DNA from: Pristiophorus japonicus
Taxonomy: Eukaryota
NCBI RefSeq assembly: GCF_044704955.1
Contig: NC_091996.1
Coordinates: 62,744,001-62,808,000 of the forward strand
DNA: 64,000 nucleotides
Direction of reading: 5' to 3'
Positions 25,270-37,600 of this stretch are shown here, piece after piece (the first letter of the stretch is position 1; each line of letters starts with the position of its first letter). The translations under genes and the position numbers were made by a program. The notes beneath the pieces were generated by a model that saw only the letters and a program-made list of their open reading frames with translations, was not told the origin of the DNA and made no database searches.

Positions 25270-28200
25270 CTAATCATAGAATGGTTACAGCATGGGAGAA
25301 GGTTATTCGGCCCATTGAGCCCGTGCCGGCTCTCCAAGAACACTTCAGCTAGTCCCACTCCCACGTCCTTAACCATAGCTCTGCAATGTTTTTTTCTTTC
25401 AGGTGCTTATCCAACTCCCTTTTGAAAGCAGTGATTGAGTCTGCCTCCACCACCCTTTCAGGCAGTGCATTCCAGATCCTAACCACTCGCTATGTAAAAA
25501 ATCTTTCTTGGCATCTTTGGTTTTTCCGCCAATCACCTTAAATATTCTGGTTCGTGATCCTTCTGCCAATGGCAACAGTTTCTCTCTATTTACTCTGTCC
25601 AGGTCCCTTATGATTTTGAACACCTATCAAATCTTCTCTGCTCCAAGAACAGCACCCAGCTTCTCCAGTATATCCATGTAACTGAAGTCCCTCATCCCTG
25701 GAATCATTCTTAAATCTTCTCTGCACCCTCTCTAAGGCCTTCACATCCTTCCTAAAGTGCGTTGCCCAGAATTGGACACAATACTCCAGTTGAGGCCGAA
25801 CCAGTGTTTTATACAGGTTCATCATAATTTCCACACTTTTGTATTCTATACCTCTATTCATGAAACCCAGGATCCTGTAAGCTTTTTTAACCGATTTCTT
25901 AACCTGCCCTGCCACCGTCAATGATTGGTGCACATATATCCCAAGGTGTCTCTGTTCATGCATCCACTTTAGGATTGTACCCTTTAGTTTATATTTCCTT
26001 TCCCCATTCTTTCTACCAAAATGTATCACTTCACACTTTTCTACCAGCCTGTCTATGTCCACTTGAAGTCTATCACTATCTTCTTTACTGTTCACTGTAC
26101 TTCCAAGTTTTGTCATCTGCAAATTTTGAAATTGTGCCCTATACACCCACATCCAAGTCATTAATATATATCAAGAAAAGCAGTGGTTCTAGTACTAACC
26201 CTTGGAGAACGCCACTGTATACGTTCCTCCAGTCTGAAAACCAACCATTCACCACTACTCTCTGTTTCCTGTCACTTAGGCAATTTCTTATCCATGCTGC
26301 CACTGTCCCTTTTATTCCATGGGCTTCAACTTTGCTGACAAACCTATTATGTAGCACTTTGCTGAACGCATTTTGGAAATCCATGTACACCACGTCGACT
26401 GCATTACCCTCATCAACCCTCTCTGTTACCTCATCAAAAAACTCGATCAAGTTGTTAAACATGATTTGCCGTAAACAAATCCGTGCTTTCCTTACTTAAT
26501 CCGCAACTATCCAAGTGACTGTTAATTTTGTCCCTATTTCTAAAAGCTTCCCCGCAACCGAGGTTAAACTGACTGCCCTGTAGTTGCTGGATTTATCTTT
26601 ACACCCTTTTTTGAACAATGGTGTAACATTTGCAATTCTCCACTCCTCTGGCACCACACTTGTATCTGGAGGATTGGAATATTCTGGCCAGAATTCTGTG
26701 ATTTCCACCCTCCATTCCCTCAACATCCTAGGATGCATCCCGTTTGCTCCTGGTGATTTATCTACTTTAAGTACAACCAGCCTTTCTAATACCTCTCTCA
26801 ATTTTTATCCTATCAAGTGTCACCACTAGCACCTCCTTCACACTGTCAGTGGCAGCATCCTCTTCCTTGGTGAGGAGAGATGCAAAGTACACATTTAATA
26901 GTTCAGCTGTACACTCTGCCTCCATGCATAGGTCTCCTTTTTGGTCCCTAATTGGCCACGCCCCTCCGCTTACTACCCTTTTACTATTTATATGCCTATA
27001 GAAGACTTTTGGATTACCTTTTCATGTTGGCTGCCATTCTATTCTCATACACTCTCTTCTCTCTTTCACTTCTCTGACCTTTCTATATATAGCCTTAATC
27101 TCAGATGTATTTGCAACCTGACATCTATCATATGGGCTCTCTTTCTGCTTCATCTCTTAATCTGTTTCATCATCCAGGGAGCCCTGACTTTAGTTGTCCT
27201 GCCTTTCCCCCTAGTGGGAATGTACCTGAACTATTTCCCCTTTAAAGGCAGCCCATTGTTCCATTACAGTTTTGCCTGCCAATCTTTGATTCCAGTTTAC
27301 CCAGGCCAGATTTGCTCTCATCCCATTGAAATTGGCCTTCCTCCAGTTAAACATTTTTACTCTACGTTGCTCCCTGTCCTTTTCCATAGCTAATCTAAAC
27401 CTTATGATACAATGATCACTGTTCCCAAATGTTCACCTACTGACACTTGCTCCACCTCATTACCCAGAACCAGATCCTCTCTCATCGGGCCGGAAACATA
27501 ATGCTCAAGAAGGATCTCCTGAACACATTTCAGAAATCCCCCCCTCTCTGCCCTTTACACTATTACGATCCCAGTCTATATTAGTAAAGTCGTAAAGTCC
27601 CCATTATTACTACTCTATAGTTCTTGCACCTCTCTGTAATTTCTCTGCAAATTTGCTCCTCCATATCTTTCCTGCTATTTGGTGGTCTGTAGAATACACC
27701 TAGTAGTATAATGGCACCTCCTATTATTTCTTGACTCTAGCCATATCAATTCTGTCCTTGACCCCCACCCCCTTCCAGGACATCCTCCCTCTCTCCAGCA
27801 CTGTAACATTCTCCTTAACCAATACTGCCACACCACCTATCTTTCCTGAACATCTTATAACCAGGAATATTTAATAGCCATAGGTCTCCGTTATTGCCAC
27901 AACAACATATTCCCGTGTGGCTATTTGTGCCTGCAGCTCACTTACCTTGTTTACTACGCTTCGTGTGTTCACATACATACATTGTAAACCCATCTTGGAT
28001 CATCCTGTACTCTCTCCTGGTTTGACCCCACCTAATATCTTACTATTTCTCACTTTAGTGCTCTCTGCCTCTCCCAATCCTTTAAGCACTTTTTTCCCCT
28101 TTCCAATGTTACATCCTGGTGCCCATCCCCTTGCCAAATTAGTTTAAACCTTCCCCAACAGCACTGGCAAACCTCCCCGCGAACATATTGGTTCCGGCCC

Positions 28201-29060
28201 TGTTGAGGTGCGGCCTGTACAGGTCCCACCTCCCCCAGAACTTGTCCCAATGCCCCAGGAATCTGAAGCCATCCCTCCTGCACCATCTCTCCAGCCATGC
28301 ATTCATCTGCTCTATCCTCTTATTTTTATACTTACTAGCCTGTAGCACCAGGAGTAATCCAGAGATTATTACCTTTTTTGAGGTCCTGCTTTTTTATTTC
28401 CTTTCTAGCTCCCTAAAATCTGCCTGCAGGACCTCATCCCTCTTTATACCTATGTCATTGATACCAATATAAACAATGACTTCTGGCTGTTCACCCTCCC
28501 TTCCCCCTACCACCAAGAATGTTCTGCAGCCGCTCAGACATCCTTCACCCAGGCACCAGGCTTCAGAAATGCCTGTCTGCTCCTCTAACTATCCAAATCC
28601 CCTCCCACTATTGCTATCCCACTCTTCTCCTCCCCCGTACAGCTGGGCCACCCGTGGTGCCATAGACTTGGCTCTGGGTGTACTCCCCAGAGGAACCATT
28701 GCCCTTACCATTACTCGGAACAGATTAATGATTGGCGAGCGAGATGCACTCAGGAGACTCCTGCACTACTTGCCTGGTCCTCCTCTTCTGTCTGGCGGTC
28801 ACCCATTCCCTCTCTGCCTGCATACTCTTAAACTGCGGGGTGACCACCTCCTGAAACGTGCTATCCACAAAGCTCTCAGCCTCACGGTTGCACCGCAGTG
28901 ACTCCAGCTGTTGCTGAAGCTCCGAAACCCAGATCTCGAGCTCTTCCAGCTGACGACACTTTCTGCATACGTGGTTGTCCAGGACACAGGAAACGTCCTG
29001 AAGTTCCCACACGGCACAGGATGCGCATGGCGCAGGACTGAGCTGCCCTGCCATGCCTCT
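25270..29060 (-). mobile_element. Near full-length degraded CR1 LINE in a POLE3 intron (antisense)
   Basis: ORF1 with Cys-rich MAGQLSPAPCASC..CRKC and esterase-like MNAWLERWCRRDGFRFL; ORF2 RT pieces (VDVVYMDFQNAF, YINDLD, VRPQLEYC). Confidence 0.9.
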
Positions 29061-29790
29061 ATTTAATAGCATAAGAACTAACTTAGAAGAAATAAGCCGT
29101 CTTGATGATGGATAGCATGTGGGGTTTAAAGCTCAACTCAGCTTGAAAAGGAGGACAAGGTTGCAGATGGTCTGATTCGGCCTTTAGACACTGGCCAGGG
29201 GGGTGGGTGGTGGTGGTGGTGGAGTCAGCAGCAGAGGAATTTTGAGGTAAGGACAAAAGCTTTTATATTCCGGTTTTGAATTGGAGGAAGTTATGACTCC
29301 TCCTTGACTTGATGTCGGACAAGCTGCCTGACGGCATGCCAGCAGCGAAATATGGTGGAGAAATAGAACTAGATGTGTTCAACATAAATATGAAAGCGCT
29401 GCGTGTGGATGTTGTCACCAAGGTCAGCACGTACATAAGAGGAGGATGCCAAGGATGTTGGGTAAATTCTGGAGGTGATGTAGGGGAGGGAAGCGAAGCC
29501 AGTGCATCTGCAGCAACAGCTATGTTTTGATAGGTAAGAATAAAACCATGGATGCACTTGGGGACAAGGGTACAAGAGTTTTTGGTGGAAGATGAATAAA
29601 ATAGCTTCAATCTCTCCAGTGTTTAATGACACTTGGAGCCTTCTCTCCGTGCTGAGGGCTGTCTAATGGTGCACTGAGGGCTGTATCTTTATGTTGGGGT
29701 TGTGTGATGCACTAAGCCTGTGGGATGGTGTCTTAAGGGCTGTATCATACACAAAGGTTGTAAAAAGGTGCCTTTTATGTATCTTCACAG

Positions 29791-29909
29791 TGCAAATAAC
29801 TTTGCAATGAAGAGCAAGAGGAAAACATTGAGTGCCTCTGATGTGCTTGCAGCAATGGAAGAGATGGAGTTTGATCGTTTCATTAGCCCACTGAAAGATG
29901 CATTGGAAG
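29791..29909 (+). CDS. POLE3: POLE3 coding exon 3
   Basis: cacag|(C)[39 protein letters not shown]|gtgagg; 119 nt, phases match flanking exons. Confidence 0.97.
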
Positions 29910-30263
29910 GTGAGGAGCCTGTGATGTACTGTTTAGACTAGTGAAGTAATTGAATTGTGTGGTTTAATTAGCAATAAGGCAAGTACAAGACCATTCTACA
30001 CACCCTAAGTAAGCACCCTAGCTACAGATTCCAGCTGCATTTCAAATGTCTCTGATGGTTTTGTTTCCTAACGCAAAGGGTGGGCACTGGATTTGGTATT
30101 TGAGACCAAATTTTGTGCGTCTGCCCCTCTGAGGACTGGGTGGATGCAACTGTCCTCTAATTGATGGCTTACTTTTCATTTAAATTTTGTGTGCAAGCCA
30201 AAGCATTGCAAAGTGGGAGGCTACCATTCCAAGCCCCCAGGGTCAGAATTGAGCACTCCCAGG

Positions 30264-30431
30264 CAATGTTCCCTGTAAGCTGCACTTTGTTCAACGCGGC
30301 CTGTGTTTTTTCCCTGCACGATCCCTTTAAATTTCTGCGCATGCGCAGGACTTAAAATGGGAAAGCCAGTAAGTGGCCTGCGCGGTACCTTTCCCATTAC
30401 TGTGCTGTCATGCAGCTTAGAGGGAACATTG
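30264..30431. mobile_element. 168-bp hAT-type MITE
   Basis: TIR CAATGTTCCCTGTAAGCTGCA / TGCAGCTTAGAGGGAACATTG; 8-bp TSD CTCCCAGG/CTCCCAAG. Confidence 0.85.
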
Positions 30432-31809
30432 CTCCCAAGACCAGTATAGCAACTGATTTTACAGCACACAAATGGCCCATTCAGCTGAATTAGTCTATGC
30501 CGGTGTTTTTATGGTCCATGCAAGCTTTTTCCCAGCCTACTACATCTAACCCTATCAGCATAACTTTCTATTCCTTTCTTCCTCATTTACTTATCTAGCT
30601 TCCCCTTAAATGCACCTATGCTGTTTGCCTCAACGACTCCATGTGGTAGTGAGTTCCACATTCTAAACACTCTCTGGGTAAAGAGGTTTCTCCTGAATTC
30701 CCTACTGGATTTATTGGTGACCATCTTCTATTTATGGCCCCTAGTTTTGGATTCTCCCACAAGTGAATAAATCAATGGAACAATAATCTCTTGTCCCAAA
30801 AGTGCCATAGCTTTGGCAGGAATTGCAGATAAACCCCAAGGACCACACCGTAAGTATGGCAAAAAATTTGGTTGGTCGAGAGCAAGAGTCTGCAATCCAC
30901 TAACTCTGGGCAAAAACGTATCCTATTAACAGTGCAGCTTTCCAGCAAACTGAAACATGTTCATAGGTTGAATAATGGATGCATTAACATGTTAATAAGT
31001 TCCTATTTGAGAACTAGTCGAGGCCTATCTAGGGCTGATTCCAAATGATCAGTAATGCCAGATGCCAATGGGTGATCCCCTATTTAACCAGCTACACTGG
31101 GGTCGTGAAAAGTCGAAATAATCAAGTTTTCAAAATGAAATGTCTGGGTATAAGGGCCATAGAAATGTATCTAAACACTGGAAGCCTTGAAAATGGACCC
31201 AGAAGAGGTGTCAAAACAAAGTGGTGAAGCTGCAGAAATATGAATGAGCCCAATGCAAGGAGCCTGAGCCTTGTAGGTAGGAACCCAAGACTAAGCACGT
31301 GCCCAGGTGCAGCTTACATCGTCGCGATTTTCACATGCCTGACGTGGTCTCCCCAGAACCAATAGGGACATGCTCTTTTGAGTGTGGGGAAAATAGACGA
31401 TGAGAGAGTTTATTTCCCAATAATCCACTGCAAAGAGAAAATGGTTAAGAATCTGATCATGGAAACCTGGTGCCTTTTTGTTCCATGGAACGTTATCAGC
31501 AATTTCACATGTTCCATTTCTCTTGCCTTCCACAACAATATTTTTTTTAAACCTGCTTTTGTCTTTTTAACCTTGCCAATTACTCCACACATTGTTTTGA
31601 ATACTTTCTCCTCATCCCTAATGCTTTTATGGGATGCTTTCAGCCTTGTTACTGATAGTTGATTTTCTCATCTGAGTTCTGATCAATTGATTGCTCTCCC
31701 CCTGACAGGGATTGCACTGACCTAAATCCTGGGAATTGCTGATGCCATGCCCAAGTTTTCTGATCTTTTAAGAACTCTTCTGATTCTGATTCTGCCTCTT
31801 TCCCCACAG

Positions 31810-31997
31810 CTTACAAACGAGAGCAGAGAGGAAAGAAAGAAGCTTCAGAACAGAAGAAAAAGGATAAGAAGCCCGAGAGTGAGGAACATGACAAGAGCAA
31901 GGAAGATGAGAACGAGGAAGATACAGAAGAGGTGAAAATGGTGGAAGATGATGACCAAAAGGAGATAGAAAACGAGGAAGAGGATGTGGAAAACTGA
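31810..31997 (+). CDS. POLE3: POLE3 last coding exon (acidic tail, TGA stop)
   Basis: cacag|(A)YKREQRGKKEASEQKKKDKKPESEEHDKSKEDENEE...EEEDVEN*; total CDS 66+86+119+188=459 nt = 152 aa. Confidence 0.96.
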
Positions 31998-33899
31998 GAC
32001 GCCTGCTAATGCTGTACACGTGACTAAAGGGACTGAGAACGATGCAGTGTTTGGATTGGTCGTGATCATGAGGCTTATCCCAGTATACTTCCTCAGCATC
32101 TTTTTGAAGAGTTTTGTAACATTTGAGCTGGGAGCACGAAGGTGGCAGCAGTGGAGCTGCACTGTGCTCCCTCTCTGCTTGTTTTTGTATAGTTGGGTGA
32201 AATTGAAACCTTTTCTATTTTGTTAATCATTTGAGTGATCTTTTTGTAAAATTGAATTTTGAATAATGCATTCAAAAGGACAAATGTTTTTTTTTTCACT
32301 TTTTTATCACTAAGTTATTCATATGGCATCTGGAATTGGCCAATGAGGTTAAAGTGTTGATCGAGACTATATATCTATTGGATTAAAGTTGGTGGGGAGC
32401 CAGTGTCTGGTAGCCAATGGTCTGCTTACAGTAGGTCCTGTACTTCAGGAATACTCCAGAGTGAGACTTGCAAAATCACCCAGACCTCCGGTATCCCTAA
32501 CTATAGTATACCTTCCTACTTTGAATTAGATATTTCACTTGATTTTAAGATTATTAGCAAGTAGTGGCTTAGATCTGGCCTTTGGCACCAAGCCGCCATT
32601 TTGTTTTTATCTGGGTACATTAATGAAGGTTCAGAATGTGAACTACAATTCACATTTGTATAGTGACTTTAACATTAAAAAAAACAGCCCAAGCTGCTTC
32701 ACCGAGGGGTAGAGGAAATGGATTGGGGGTGGGGGGGGGGTTGGTCATCTTGGGTTTGGTTAGAGATGGGTTTTAAGAAGGATCTTTAAAGGAGAGGGAA
32801 GTGGAAAGGCGTAGGGAATTTAGGGAGGTAATGTCAGAGTAGGACCTAGGTGTCTGAAGGCACAGCTGACAGTCGGGTATAGGGAGAGGGGATGCACATG
32901 AGGCTGCAGTCAGGAACAAATAATTTGTGGAAGTTGTATGGCTGGAGAAGGTTACAGATATTTAAAGACCAGGATAAGAATTTTAAATTGGAGATTGAGC
33001 CAATCACAATGGAGGGAGTGATAGATGAGTGGGTCCTGGTGTGGAAAAGGATGCAGGCAGTAGTCTCTAAGTTGGAGCTTATGAAAGATGGGAATCTGGC
33101 AGAGACTATTGGAATAAAGGTTTCAATGACCAATGGGCAGAAGCAGGCAATATTACGGAGGGGGGAAATAGGCTGTTCTTGTAATGGAGATGACATGGAG
33201 TAAGAAACACAGCTCTGAGTCAAACACTACTCCAAGGTTGTGAGCACACTGGTTCATTGTCGGGCAAGCAGATGGAGTCAGTGGTGCAAAGACGATGTTT
33301 TTGATATTCCCAATGTTAACGATAAGGGGTTATGGAGAGTGGGCAGGTAAGTGGACCCGAGTCCATGATCGGATCAGCCATGATCGTGTTAAATGGCGGA
33401 GCAGGCTCGCGGGGGCCATCTGGCCTACTCCTGCTCCTATTTCTTATGTATGGTAGGAGTCTGATACACAGGCAGAGGAGGTGTTAAAAGCGGTAGAGCT
33501 GGGTGACATTGGCATACATGTGAAAACTGACTCTATGCCCCCGGCTGACATCAGCTACAGGCAACATGTTGAAGAAGCAGGCAAGGTTCGATCTTTCACT
33601 CACTCTGGAGATGACCATGCAGGTTTGGGAAAAGACCATTCTGACCACATCATTCTGTACTGGAAAGTCTGAATTCCTTCCCCAATTCAAGTGGAAAAAG
33701 TTATAGAAGTGTGCAGAAACCATTGGAGTAACAAGGCCTGGGCCCACTTCATAGAAATTGAGCCAAGGGCACTAATATAACACCTCTCAACAAAAGTACA
33801 CTCCTGCCCTGGTCAGTAAAGGCACTGGCTTGCAAGTGATGGAATTTTTTTTTTAAATGGCCTAGATCCCTGGTAATGGGACAGGTTTAAAAAAACAAA

Positions 33900-34670
33900 C
33901 AAAAGATGAGTCTAAAAGAGGTGTAAATGGGAATGGTGGAATCAACAGCTGCCATGTGGGGGAAAAAAAATAGGGGCAGAGGTTATGGTCTGAAATTGTT
34001 GAGTCCAGAAGGCTGTAAAGTGCCTAATCAAAAGATGAGTTGAAACACTTAAGAGGCTGAGGACAGGGAGGTCGGAGTGGAGAATTAAAATGACACTCGA
34101 CCGGAAGCTTGGAATTATGCTTATGGACTGAATGGAGGTGTTCCCTCTGCATTTGGTCTCCCCAATGGAAAAGAGAACACATTGTGAGCAGCGAGCACAG
34201 TATACTAAATTGCAAGAGGTGCAAGTAAATTGCTGTTTCACTTGGTCGAAGGAAAGTTTGGGGCCCTGGACAGTGGGAAGGTGTTGCATCTCCTGCACTT
34301 GCACAGGAAGGTGCTAGGGGTGATTTGAAGAGTAGATCAGGGTGTTGCTGAGGGAGCGGTACCTTCAGAGTGCTGGGAGGAGAGGGGATGATGTGTTTGG
34401 TGGTGGGATTAGCTGGAGGTGGCGGAGGATGATGCGTTGAATGTGAAGGTTGGTGGGGTAAAAGGCGATAACATGGTTCTGGGAGGGAGGGGAAGGGGTG
34501 AGAGCAGAGGTGCGGGAAATTGAATGGACACAGTCAAGGGCCATGTCAACCACTGTAGAGGAGAATCCTTGGTTGAGGATGAAAGAAGACATAGGAAGCA
34601 CTAGTATGGAAGGTGGCATCATCAGAATAAATGCAATAGGGATGGAGAAACTGGGAGAATGAAATAGAGT
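33900..34670 (-). mobile_element. Penelope-like retroelement fragment (GIY-YIG endonuclease remnant)
   Basis: QQFTCTSCNLVYCARCSQCVLFSIGETKCR resembles the Penelope GIY-YIG region (FTC.S.NL.Y...C..C...YIGET.R). Confidence 0.8.
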
Positions 34671-34679
34671 CCGATAAGT

Positions 34680-37600
34680 GATTGGCTAGTTGATTGGTGA
34701 GTATTTTTCTTTTTTTTTTAAAAAACCTTGGAATTGGTGTAAGTTAGGAGCTGCAATTAAATAGATAAGTAATTATTATCTAAAGAAAAATTAAATCAGC
34801 TGATTGCCGAGTAGTGGCTGGGTGTGTTTGCTAAGGTTTAGAGTTTAGTTCTACTTGACAGTTCCAAATCTAACTAGAGGGATGGCAGGGCAGCTCAGTC
34901 CCATAGATTGCACATCCTGTGACATGTGGGAAGTTCTGGACGCTTCGCGCAGCCGGGACGACCATGTGTGCAGGACATGTCTCCAGCTGCACCAACTCGA
35001 GCTCCGCGTTTTGGAGCTTGAGCGGCGGCTGGAGTCACTGCAGTGCATCAGCGAGACTGAGAGCTACATGGATAGCACCTTTCCAGAGGCCGTCATCCCG
35101 CAGCTTAAGAGTGTGCAGGTAGAGAGGGAGTGGATGACTGCTGAACAGAAGAGGAGGACTAGACAGGTAGTGCAGGAGTCCCAAGTCCATCTCGCTCTCC
35201 AACCGGTACTCTGTTCTGAATACTGGTGGGGGTGATGGTGCCTCTGGGGAGTGCAGCCAGAGCCAAATCCATGGCACTGTGGTTGGCTCAGCTGCACGGA
35301 GGAGGAAGAAGAATGGAAGAGCTATAGTGGTAGGGGGATTCAATAGTTGGGAGCAGAAAGGCATTTCTGCGGCTACAGCCGTGACTCCAGGATGGTATGT
35401 TGCCTCCCTGGTGCCAGGGTCAAGGATGTCACCGAGCGGCTGAAGGATATTCTGGGGGAGGGTGAACAGCCAGAGGTCATGGTCTATATGACCAATGACC
35501 TAGGTAGAAAGAGGGATGAGGTCCTGCAGGCAGAGTTTAGGGAGCTAGGAGAGGGATTAAAAAGCAGCGTCACTGGTAGTAATCTCTGGATTACTCCGGT
35601 GCCATGAGCTAGTGAGTACAGAAATAGGAAAATAGAGCAGATGAATATGTGGCTGGAGAGATGGTGCAGGAGGGCTTTAGTTTCCTGAGGCGGTGGGACC
35701 TGTACAAGTTGGACGGGTTGCACCTCAACAGAGCCAGGACCAATATCCTCGCGGGGGTGTTTGCTAGTGCTATTGGGGAGGGTTTAAACTAGCTTGGCAG
35801 GGGGATGGGAACCGGAGAATAGATTCAGTAGGGAGGGGAGTAAAGCTGGAATTAGAAAGTGAGTTTGAAGGACAGAAGAAACAAGCAGGGAAAAAAAAGT
35901 TTAAAAAAAAAATTTAAAAGCTTTTTGTCTAATTGCATGTAGCATTCGTAACAAAATAGATACAAATGGGTATAATCTGATGGCCATTACAGTGACGTGG
36001 TTGCAAGGTGACCAGGACTGGGGACTAAATATTCAGGGATATTTGACAATTTGGAAGGACAGGCAGACAGAGGAAAAGGACGTGAGGTAGCATTGTTAAT
36101 AAAGGATGGGATCAGTGCGTTAGTGAGAAACTATATTGGCCCAGGGGATCAAGAGGTTGAATCAGTTTGGGTGGAGATAAGGAATAATAAAAGGAAAAAG
36201 TCACAGGTGGGCATAGTCTTATAGGCCCCCCTAACAGTAGCTACATGGACGCAGTATAAATCAAGAAATAATGGAGGCTTGTAAAAAAGGAACGGCACTG
36301 ATCATGGATGATTTTAACCTTCATCTCGATTTAGACAAAGCAAATTGGCCAGGGTAGTCTTGAGGAGAAGTTCATAGAGGGATAGTTTCCTTGAACAGTA
36401 TGTTGTGGAACCAACCCGGGAGCAGGCTATCTTAGATCTAGTACTGTGTAATGAGGCAGAATTAATAAATGATCTCATAGTAAAAGATCCTCTAGGAATG
36501 AGTGACCATAATATGGTTGAATTTCAAATCAGTTGGAGGGAGAGAAAGTTGGTTCTCAAACTAGTGTTCTAAGCTTAAATAAAGGGGAATACAAAGTTAT
36601 GAGGGCAGGGTTGGCTAAAGTAGACTGGGAAAATAGACTAAAATATGGGATGGTTGATGAGCAGTGGCAGACATTTAAGGAGATTAGTTCATAACTTGCC
36701 ACAAAAATAAATCCCAATGAGAAGGAAAGACTAAAAGAAGGGATAACCATCCATGGCTTAGGAAATAAGGGAGGGTATCAAATTGGAAAAAAGAAATACA
36801 ATGTGGCCAAGACTAGTAGGAGGCCAGAGAATTGGGATTTTTTTTAAGCCAGCAGGGAACGACTAAAAATGATATTAAAAGAGGGCAGATAGATTATGAA
36901 AGTAAACTAGCACAAAATATAAAAACAATAAGAGTTTCTACAGGTACATATAAGGGAAAAGAGTGGCTAAAGTAAATGTTGGTCCCCTGGAGGATGAGAC
37001 TGGGAATTAATAATAGAGAACCGGGAAATGGCAGACACATTGAACAAATACTTTGTATCGGTCTTCAGGGTAGACACTAAAAACATCCCAATAGTGGAAT
37101 GGGGTACTGAATTTGCATGTTCAGCCATGAACTCAATACTATCACTAATAAAGTAGTACTAGGTAAAATAATGGGACTAAAGACAGACAAGTCCCCTCGA
37201 CCTGATGGCTTACATCCTAGGGTCTTAAGAGAAGTGGCAGCAGAGATAGTGGATGCATCTACCAAATATCCCTGGATTCTGGGGAGGTCCCAGTGGATTG
37301 GAAAACGCAAATGTCATGCCCCTATTTTAAAAAGGAGGCAAACAGAAAGCAGGAAACTATAGACCAGTTAGCCTAACATCTGTCTTTGGGGAAAATGCTG
37401 GAGTCCATTATTAAGGAAGCAGTAGCGGGACATTTGGAAAATCATGATTCAATCGGAGTCCGGATGTTTTTATGAAAGGGAAATCATGTTGGCTAATTTG
37501 CTGGAGTTCTTTGAGGATGTAATGAGCAGGGTGGATAAGGAGGAACCAGTGGATGTGGTGTATTTGAATTTCCAGAAGGCATTCGATAAGGTGCCACATA